Origin: a virus
IMG/VR virus record: IMGVR_UViG_3300009181_006602
Span: 1 to 64,000 of that record
Length of the DNA stretch: 64,000 nucleotides
Direction: 5' to 3' (one strand)
The notes below the pieces were generated by a model. The model saw only the letters and a program-made list of their open reading frames with translations, did no database searches and had not been told where the DNA came from. Position 1 is the stretch's first letter; each line of letters opens with the position of its first letter. The position numbers were made by a program, and so were the translations under genes. Positions 57,339-64,000 of the stretch are shown in pieces.

Positions 57339-57809
57339 ATGTATATGATGATAAGTTTAAGACGCGTTAATAAAAGCGATCTTGGTTTTATTAACACCAT
57401 TAGAAATGACACGTCGACAAGAAGTCAGTTAGAGAATACTAATACTATTTCTTTAGAAGAAACAGTCAAATGGTTTAATGAAAAATCTCCAATTTGGTTT
57501 ATTATTAATCGCGAAATTGAACAAGTAGGTTATATTAGAACTAGCTTCGATACGGGTACTTCTATCTGTATAGGCTGTGATATAGCGCCAGCACAAAGAG
57601 GAAAAGGATATGCCGAGGCAGCATATCGACACTTGATTCCTGAGCTATATGAAAAAGGCTATTCAATAATTTGGTTAGATGTATATCGTGACAATATACC
57701 TGCATATAACTTATATAAAAAACTAGGATTCTATGAAGTCGGATCAAGTTGTAGAATTATTAATAATAGAGAATACATCACGATGATCCACGCGAGGAAG
57801 AATACGTGA
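57339..57809 (+). CDS. GNAT-family N-acetyltransferase (PseH/RimJ-like)
   Basis: QRGKGYA acetyl-CoA motif and N.PAYNLYKKLGF. Confidence 0.9.
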   Translation: MYMMISLRRVNKSDLGFINTIRNDTSTRSQLENTNTISLEETVKWFNEKSPIWFIINREIEQVGYIRTSFDTGTSICIGCDIAPAQRGKGYAEAAYRHLIPELYEKGYSIIWLDVYRDNIPAYNLYKKLGFYEVGSSCRIINNREYITMIHARKNT

Positions 57810-58612
57810 CAGTAGATTTGCAAATAGCGATACCGTGTGGTCCTAATAGCGAAAGATTCGCCAACTTTTTAATTAAGACTATCGAATCCACAATATCGAA
57901 AACATTGAATTATCGTTTTTTAATAGGTGTCAATAAACCTAAAGTCGATAAGACCATAATAATCGGTGACCATCCTGCAAATAAATTTGATTTTATAGAA
58001 GAATTTTCGCAAGAGACAAGTAGCCTAGGCCACGCGCATTGTCTTAATCTCATGTTAAAAAACATGAATTCTAAGTTTGGATTTTTTTTAGATTCTGACG
58101 TGGCAGTTCTAGAAAAAAATTGGGATATTCTATTATTGGATAAGTTAAAAGATAGAACTATCATGATAGGTAGCGAATATCATCACTCTGATGGCAAGAT
58201 GGTGAAAAAGCCTAATGTTATTACTTGCGCGTTTGACATCGAAATCTTTAAAAAACTAAAGCTAAACTTTACGCCTTCTTTAAAAAAGATAGTTACGACT
58301 CATGAAACAGCACAGTTTTATGGAACACAAATTGGGCAATCCATTATGTTGGATACAGGTTGCGAAATTATGGAAACTATCTCAAAAAACGGATATGAAA
58401 CAGACACTCTAAAAATAGTGTCTTCTCGTTATCAAGAAACCGTGTCTGAATTAAAGGTCTTAGATTCTTATCAACGCGGTGAAGAATATCATCTAAACGA
58501 TAAGCCTATTTGTACTCATATAGGACGATCATTAACTAGAGATTTCAAAAAAGACCCTATCGTCAAGGCGTGGAAAGATAGCGTTGAACATTGGCTTTAT
58601 GGGAAAATCTGA
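57806..58612 (+). CDS. Putative GT-A glycosyltransferase
   Basis: IAIP start, HAHCLN and FFLDSD (DxD) pattern. Confidence 0.65.
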   Translation: MTVDLQIAIPCGPNSERFANFLIKTIESTISKTLNYRFLIGVNKPKVDKTIIIGDHPANKFDFIEEFSQETSSLGHAHCLNLMLKNMNSKFGFFLDSDVAVLEKNWDILLLDKLKDRTIMIGSEYHHSDGKMVKKPNVITCAFDIEIFKKLKLNFTPSLKKIVTTHETAQFYGTQIGQSIMLDTGCEIMETISKNGYETDTLKIVSSRYQETVSELKVLDSYQRGEEYHLNDKPICTHIGRSLTRDFKKDPIVKAWKDSVEHWLYGKI

Positions 58613-59231
58613 TCCTATTATACTCAAGGAATATGCCAGATTTCTTGAAAGCGAAATAAGTTTATGTAACTCGGTGGCATTTTTAGGATTTAATCAAGAG
58701 AATTCTTTTACGCTTGGTGTCAAGGCAGATGTAAGACATTTTTATGATGCGCAATTAAACAATTGGGATATTAACGATGACTGGTCATTGAAACAAAATT
58801 ACGATTTAATCGTGTGTACGCGGTGTGCTTATTTCTCAAAAGAACCTTCAAGGTTTATAGAAAAGTGTAAACAACATCTTAACGATGCCGGCCTTGCGAT
58901 GGTCGACTGGGGCTTAGGCGACCATTGGAGATTTAACAACTACAAGGTAGGTTGGTTACGAGATGGGGAACACGAGTTTGCCTACAAACAAGAAAATTTT
59001 TTGTATTCTTGCTTTTGGAATGAAAATCTACGAAAAGACGTTAATGTAGAATTATTTTGGAACCAGATTTTAACAAACAAAAAATTTGGCTACACGTTAA
59101 ATAACGACTTAGAAGAAGTCATAAAAGAAGAGGTGCCGAGCTTAGTCAATTATGACATAAAAAAAATTAAAACTATTTTTCTTTGGCCTGAATCTCCGCA
59201 ACTTTATATTATTACATTAATTCAAAAATGA
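58599..59231 (+). CDS. Putative methyltransferase-fold protein
   Basis: VAFLG, WDI, YDLIVCTR...L...G in Rossmann MTase order; motif I is degenerate. Confidence 0.5.
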   Translation: MGKSDPIILKEYARFLESEISLCNSVAFLGFNQENSFTLGVKADVRHFYDAQLNNWDINDDWSLKQNYDLIVCTRCAYFSKEPSRFIEKCKQHLNDAGLAMVDWGLGDHWRFNNYKVGWLRDGEHEFAYKQENFLYSCFWNENLRKDVNVELFWNQILTNKKFGYTLNNDLEEVIKEEVPSLVNYDIKKIKTIFLWPESPQLYIITLIQK

Positions 59232-59238
59232 GCGAGAT

Positions 59239-60222
59239 ATGACAGCAATGCCAAAACTAGGATTTATTCTTGACGGAATGACATATTTGAAGTATTACAT
59301 TCCATTGATAGAGGAAGCAAACACACGTGGCTTTCACTCAACTTTTTTAATTTCTAGAAGCTACAAATATAACTGTCCTTATGTAAGTGACCACCAGCAG
59401 ATATTAAAAAATATTTGCGATATCTATAATATAGACTTACAAATCCTCGATGAAAAAATCACTAAAAAGCTTGACGTTATATTCACTGTAGAAGGAACAA
59501 AGATACAACACATCGAAAAATCTAAAATCTTTTCTTTGTGTTACTCAACAGACTTTACATTATCGTATGAATCTTATATTGATAACGTAAAATACGCGAT
59601 TATGTCTAGCAAGTTTATTGCGAACTATTATGGGAAAACAAAAAGCAATAATCTTTATCTTGGAACTCCAAAGTTTGATGTCAAGTTAGATGATGCAATA
59701 ATTAGAAATAAATACAATTTAGATAACGATAAATATGTCACCATATTTTATCCGCGTTTAAGAGACATCTCGAGCGCGCCTTTAAGAAAAATAACGGAAG
59801 ATTTAAATAAATTAGGTTATAAGCCTATTCTTAAAACTAGATTAAAAGATCCTATCGCAGAGGCTGATTATCATTTGTCTAAATTTAATTTTGCAGACGC
59901 TTCATGGCATCCCCATACATCGCTTGAATTAATAAAAATTAGCGATTTTGTTATTAATTTTAGTTCCAGCGCAATAGAAGAAACTACAGCATTACAAACA
60001 CCACTAATTAATTTCCATATTAAGCCATTTAAAAAGCCTTTTGAATTCTTATATGAGTCTTCTTTCGTTCAAAATATGGACACAAATTATTCATTACAGG
60101 AATTCAAAAATGCGGTTGATAGACTAACAACGCTTGATTTTTCTAATGATTTCTTTGAAGCTAATAAAAAAATGTTCGATACAAAAGTTTCATCAAAAGA
60201 TATTATTGACAAAATAACATGA
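59239..60222 (+). CDS. GT-B protein, CDP-glycerol-phosphotransferase/sialyltransferase-like
   Basis: LGTPKFD and SDFVINFSSSAIEE...TPLI; adjacent to neuA/neuB. Confidence 0.6.
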   Translation: MTAMPKLGFILDGMTYLKYYIPLIEEANTRGFHSTFLISRSYKYNCPYVSDHQQILKNICDIYNIDLQILDEKITKKLDVIFTVEGTKIQHIEKSKIFSLCYSTDFTLSYESYIDNVKYAIMSSKFIANYYGKTKSNNLYLGTPKFDVKLDDAIIRNKYNLDNDKYVTIFYPRLRDISSAPLRKITEDLNKLGYKPILKTRLKDPIAEADYHLSKFNFADASWHPHTSLELIKISDFVINFSSSAIEETTALQTPLINFHIKPFKKPFEFLYESSFVQNMDTNYSLQEFKNAVDRLTTLDFSNDFFEANKKMFDTKVSSKDIIDKIT

Positions 60223-60779
60223 AAGTTACAGTAATCATTCCAGCCCGCGGAGGTTCAAAAAGATTAAAAAATAAAAACGTGTACCTAGTTTGGGGTATGC
60301 CTATGATTTATTGGGCAATTAAAGCATGCAAGGAATCTAAGCATAATCTTGATGTATGGGTCACAACTGACACGTCAGACATAGCAAAAATAGCTGAATC
60401 ATTCGGTGCTAATATTATTATGCGAGATGATTCTACTTCTAATGATTTAACATTTAAGCAAGTTGCCATTAGAGAAGCCGCCGCTAAAATAGATTCACAA
60501 AAGGGTCAAAGCGAAATTTATATTTCATTGCAACCAAATTCTCCTGAAATTAAATCTATCGATCTTGATGGTGCCATAGATTGCTTATTGAAAAACAATA
60601 AAGATGAAATAATTAGCGTAGACTCAAACTTTATGCAAAATGGAGCGTTTAGAATTTTCAAAGGAAAATATGTTTATCAACAAGATCTATCAACAAATTG
60701 CGGGTTTTATATTTGCAATTTAAAGGACATACATACAGTTAAAGATGTTGAGGCCTTGATAGACGAAAAGAAAAATTAG
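60219..60779 (+). CDS. neuA: CMP-nonulosonate synthetase (acylneuraminate cytidylyltransferase)
   Basis: IIPARGGSKRLKNKN, VTTD, LQPNSP, NGA, DIHT..D. Confidence 0.9.
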   Translation: MKVTVIIPARGGSKRLKNKNVYLVWGMPMIYWAIKACKESKHNLDVWVTTDTSDIAKIAESFGANIIMRDDSTSNDLTFKQVAIREAAAKIDSQKGQSEIYISLQPNSPEIKSIDLDGAIDCLLKNNKDEIISVDSNFMQNGAFRIFKGKYVYQQDLSTNCGFYICNLKDIHTVKDVEALIDEKKN

Positions 60780-60843
60780 ATTTATAGATTGCAGTGCGAA
60801 TATCGGTCAATCAATAGAGCGGGCAATTAAATGCTTTAATTAA
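60763..60843 (+). pseudogene. Remnant of an FkbM-like methyltransferase N-terminus
   Basis: Frame from ACG 60763 reads TKRKIRFIDCSANIGQSIE...stop, one change away from the FkbM motif FIDCGANIG. Confidence 0.5.
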
Positions 60844-60857
60844 ATAGGATTAATAAC

Positions 60858-61547
60858 ATGACATATATTATAAGCGAAATTTGTGGTCAGTGGGGCGGTT
60901 CAGAGAGAAAAGCAGAACAAATGATTCTTCAATCGAAGATGATGGGAGCCGATGCAGTTAAAGTACAACTATTCGACACATATAAACTGCCAGGACAAGA
61001 TCGACACCTATGGGAATATTTGTCGATGAAGAGAGAATGTTTTATTCGTTTGGCTGAGTTTAGTAAGAGATTGAATATTGATTTTTTTGCTTCCGCTTTT
61101 GACGAAGAGAGGTTTCAATGGATTCAAGACGCCAATCTAAAATATAATAAAATAGCAAGTTCATTAATAGAACTTGATCCAGATCTTTGCAGAGTTATGT
61201 TAGATTCTAATATGAAAACTTTTTTCTCTTTAGGTAAGTGGAACAATACAAACTTACCTTTCGAAGATACTAATATTGAATATTTTCATTGCGTAGCAAA
61301 GTATCCGCATACATTCGAAGAAGCGCTTCAAACCTTGCCACAAACTTTTGATAATAGAGTGTCTGGTTACTCAGATCATGTAGTCGGAATAGATGCAGCG
61401 AAAGAAGCTGCTCGCCGTGGCGCAAAATATATTGAGAAACACTTTACGTTAGACAAAAATTCGCAATCTAAGACTGAAGGAGCCCACGCGTGCAGTATGG
61501 ACATGGAAGACTTAAGATGTTTGAGATTATTTTGTGATTCGCTATGA
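60858..61547 (+). CDS. neuB: Nonulosonic acid synthase (NeuB family, no C-terminal AFP/SAF domain)
   Basis: IISEI, GADAVKVQ, SAFD, KIAS, HCVAKYP, GYSDH, IEKHFTLD, H..S. Confidence 0.9.
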   Translation: MTYIISEICGQWGGSERKAEQMILQSKMMGADAVKVQLFDTYKLPGQDRHLWEYLSMKRECFIRLAEFSKRLNIDFFASAFDEERFQWIQDANLKYNKIASSLIELDPDLCRVMLDSNMKTFFSLGKWNNTNLPFEDTNIEYFHCVAKYPHTFEEALQTLPQTFDNRVSGYSDHVVGIDAAKEAARRGAKYIEKHFTLDKNSQSKTEGAHACSMDMEDLRCLRLFCDSL

Positions 61548-62329
61548 TAGATTTTTCTATAATCGTCACAATAAAAAATAGAAAAGAACATTTTTTAAAA
61601 ACGTTTTCTTCTTTGGTTACCCAACAACAACCATGGTCATACGAGGTTAATTTTATCGATTATGGTTCTCAGGATGGCTTTGGCGAATCTTTAAAAAAAG
61701 AGACGATAAGATACACGGATCTTTTTTCAGATTCGCTTAAAGCGATTAATAGAATCTTTATAGAAGACGATCTTAAGTTCAATAGCGGCAAAGCAAAAAA
61801 CATAGGTTCTTATTTTTCTAGTGGGAATTTTGTTTCATTCTCCGACGTTGATGTATTTCTTGGTATGGATTATCATCGACATTGGCTTCAGCTGTTGATG
61901 TATAATGACAAACACTTTTTTTCTTCTCGTGTACAAGAAACTACAGAAAGATGTTCTAGACGATTAACTTCAAAAACCAATTATGGAAATATGATAGTTG
62001 CTAAATCTAGCTTTAATGTTGTGGGTGGTTTCGATGAAAATAATCCGACGTGGGGCGGCGATGATGATGATATCGTTCATAGATTAAAGTTATATGGATT
62101 AAGAGAAATTAATCCTCATGATGTTTATGAATCACATCACACTAGCATTATTCATGATGACGAGCTTAGAACTAAATTTCTTGAATCATCGGAAAAAGAT
62201 TCTATAATATCAAAACAAAAGCTAATTGCTATTTATAATAATACAAGTTTTATTAATCCCAATTTTTTGTTTTTTTACAATGATATAAAAAGTTTAGTTA
62301 AAGTTGAAAAAATATATGAACGTACCTGA
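61544..62329 (+). CDS. GT-A glycosyltransferase with a GT7C-like motif
   Basis: IDYGSQD, KAKNIG, SDVD, VGGFDE...WGGDDDDI..RL. Confidence 0.88.
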   Translation: MIDFSIIVTIKNRKEHFLKTFSSLVTQQQPWSYEVNFIDYGSQDGFGESLKKETIRYTDLFSDSLKAINRIFIEDDLKFNSGKAKNIGSYFSSGNFVSFSDVDVFLGMDYHRHWLQLLMYNDKHFFSSRVQETTERCSRRLTSKTNYGNMIVAKSSFNVVGGFDENNPTWGGDDDDIVHRLKLYGLREINPHDVYESHHTSIIHDDELRTKFLESSEKDSIISKQKLIAIYNNTSFINPNFLFFYNDIKSLVKVEKIYERT

Positions 62330-62936
62330 TGTTTCAATAATCGTTACTAACTATAACTATGCGCCTTATCTTCAGCGTTGTTTAAGAAGCATTTTAAATC
62401 AAGAAAGTATTAATCATGAAATCATTGTTATCGATGATTGTTCTACAGATAATTCTTTAGAGACACTAAACGTTTTTAAAAATGACGTCAAAATTCTTTC
62501 GACACAAACAAATTCTGGCGTAGCAGCAGCCGCTAACATCGGTATAAAAGCAGCCCGCGGACAATTTATAATAAGAGTTGATGCAGATGACTACGTGTCT
62601 TCTAACATGTGCTATTTCATGAAAACATATTTAGAATCAAATCATGATGCATTCTGTGTGTCATGCGATTATCATATAGTCGATAATCACGAAAACTCCG
62701 TACAAAGAAAATACGCAGAAAAAGATCCTATCTCATGCGGTATTATGTATAGAAAAGATCTTTTCTTACAACTTGGCGGATACAACGACGCTATGAGACA
62801 TAGAGAAGAAGAAGAACTTCGAAAAAGATTAGGCGAATATTATCAAATACATCACCTAAAAATCCCATTCTATCGTTATAGAATGCACAATAGTAACAAG
62901 ACAAAAACGTCAGAATATAGTGAATGCAAAATTTAA
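62316..62936 (+). CDS. Glycosyltransferase family 2
   Basis: VSIIVTNYN, IDDCSTD, A.N.GI..ARG, RVDADD, GGY, YRYRMH. Confidence 0.93.
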   Translation: MNVPDVSIIVTNYNYAPYLQRCLRSILNQESINHEIIVIDDCSTDNSLETLNVFKNDVKILSTQTNSGVAAAANIGIKAARGQFIIRVDADDYVSSNMCYFMKTYLESNHDAFCVSCDYHIVDNHENSVQRKYAEKDPISCGIMYRKDLFLQLGGYNDAMRHREEEELRKRLGEYYQIHHLKIPFYRYRMHNSNKTKTSEYSECKI

Positions 62937-63711
62937 TATTAAAAATCGAGGTTTTATGAGAGTCGGTATTCTTGGATATGGAGAGATAGGACAAGCTATT
63001 CATAAGTTGTATAGCAATTCATGCAATAACTTGAATACGCAAATATTCATTAAAGATTTAAATAGAAATGATGAATTTCAAAATTTAGATGTTTTAAACG
63101 TGTCTATTCCATATAATGATTCTTTCAATTTTATAGATGTTGTAAGCACCATTGCGATTGAATCAAATGCAAAAATGTTGATTGTTCACTCGACGATACA
63201 GGTCGGCACTATTAAAAAATTAAAAGAAATATTGCCGAATACAAAAATTGCGCATTCTCCGTGCAGAGGAATTCATCCAAATCTTTATGAAGGATTATTA
63301 ACATTTCCAAAATTCGTTGGAGCAACATCAACGTTAGACGCTGACGAAGTTGCGCAACATTTGCATTTAATTAATATTAAAACTTTTATTTGCAAAAATT
63401 CTGAAACAACAGAATTAGCTAAATTATTAGATACAAGTTATTATGGAATCTGTATCGCGTTTCATGGAGAAGCTTTTAAAATATGCGAAAAAGCTAATGC
63501 AGACTTTGAACAAGCCATGACTATATACAACACATCATACAACGATGGATATACAAAATTAGGAAAACAAAACGTTGTAAGACCAGTTCTTACTTCCCCC
63601 GTTGACGGAATCGGTGGCCACTGCGTTGTAGAAAATGCAGAATTGTTATTAAAACAATTTAACTCGACTGCATTAAATTTGATTGTTGAATATAAAAAGG
63701 AAAACAAATGA
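62920..63711 (+). CDS. UDP-glucose/GDP-mannose dehydrogenase-family protein, lacking the C-terminal domain
   Basis: GILGYGEIG, HSTI.VGT, TELAKL, GIGGHC catalytic Cys motif; 263 aa. Alternative start at ATG 62956. Confidence 0.85.
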   Translation: MNAKFNIKNRGFMRVGILGYGEIGQAIHKLYSNSCNNLNTQIFIKDLNRNDEFQNLDVLNVSIPYNDSFNFIDVVSTIAIESNAKMLIVHSTIQVGTIKKLKEILPNTKIAHSPCRGIHPNLYEGLLTFPKFVGATSTLDADEVAQHLHLINIKTFICKNSETTELAKLLDTSYYGICIAFHGEAFKICEKANADFEQAMTIYNTSYNDGYTKLGKQNVVRPVLTSPVDGIGGHCVVENAELLLKQFNSTALNLIVEYKKENK

Positions 63712-64000
63712 CACCAATTGCGATTGCAATTATCGGACAAGGTTTTGTAGGAGGGTCTTTAGCTACTATTTTTTCCGAACGAGGTTTTGATGTTTATGCT
63801 TATGATAAAGCAGGAAAGTATGCAAAAGGATCTCTACCAAGCCATGGAGATCCAGTTGCAAGTTACCCAGGATCCATTGCAGAATTAATTGGGGATAATG
63901 AGAATGGTGGAACACCGGGGTTTTCTAATGTTTATTTTGTGTGTCTTCCAACACCAATGAATGAAGATGGATCAGCCGATCTTTCTATCGTAGAAGGTGC
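63708..64000 (+). CDS. Second UDP-glucose/GDP-mannose dehydrogenase-family protein (partial, not in the ORF track)
   Basis: Manual translation MTPIAIAIIGQGFVGGS...YAYDK...FVCLPTPMNEDGSADLSIVE. ATGA overlap with the previous gene; runs off the window. Confidence 0.88.
   Translation, partial: MTPIAIAIIGQGFVGGSLATIFSERGFDVYAYDKAGKYAKGSLPSHGDPVASYPGSIAELIGDNENGGTPGFSNVYFVCLPTPMNEDGSADLSIVEG

Noticed and set aside
1-64000. Alternative genetic code (TAG or TGA recoding), as in some huge phages
   Set aside because: Conserved genes are full length in code 11 and end at all three stop codons; coding density is already high.
1-64000. tRNA or rRNA genes
   Set aside because: No cloverleaf or T-loop (GTTCRA) context was seen in the few intergenic gaps; a tRNAscan-SE run would confirm.

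Overview
This window is a 64-kb segment of a large, AT-rich tailed phage with a T4-like head module, read in the standard genetic code (TAA, TAG and TGA all act as stops). Bases 1 to about 46,400 are almost all on the minus strand. They carry the head and packaging genes (gp23-like capsid, acidic scaffold, gp21-like protease, intein-containing gp20-like portal, large terminase), an unusually split SbcD/SbcC, primase, RuvC-like resolvase, gp4-like nuclease, putative baseplate/tail proteins, and a host-interaction block (PIN-PhoH, sigma-region-4 mini-protein, Hc1-like protein, DinG helicase, ClpP, degenerate GroEL). After a divergent AT-rich gap with a (TTATC)n array, the plus strand carries a cluster of more than 17 kb of soluble glycan-biosynthesis genes that runs off the window: many glycosyltransferases, Gmd, RmlB, cupin, DegT aminotransferase, GNAT, methyltransferases, deacetylase, NeuA/NeuB and nucleotide-sugar dehydrogenases. 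The strongest novel signal is the tripeptide [S/T]-G-S. By manual count it occurs 24 times in seven putative outer virion proteins and twice in a lipoprotein linker, and not once in the other ~50 proteins. This suggests a sequon-directed, phage-encoded virion glycosylation system (inference). No tRNA, rRNA or CRISPR array was seen. All protein identifications are from motif recognition by eye, not database searches.
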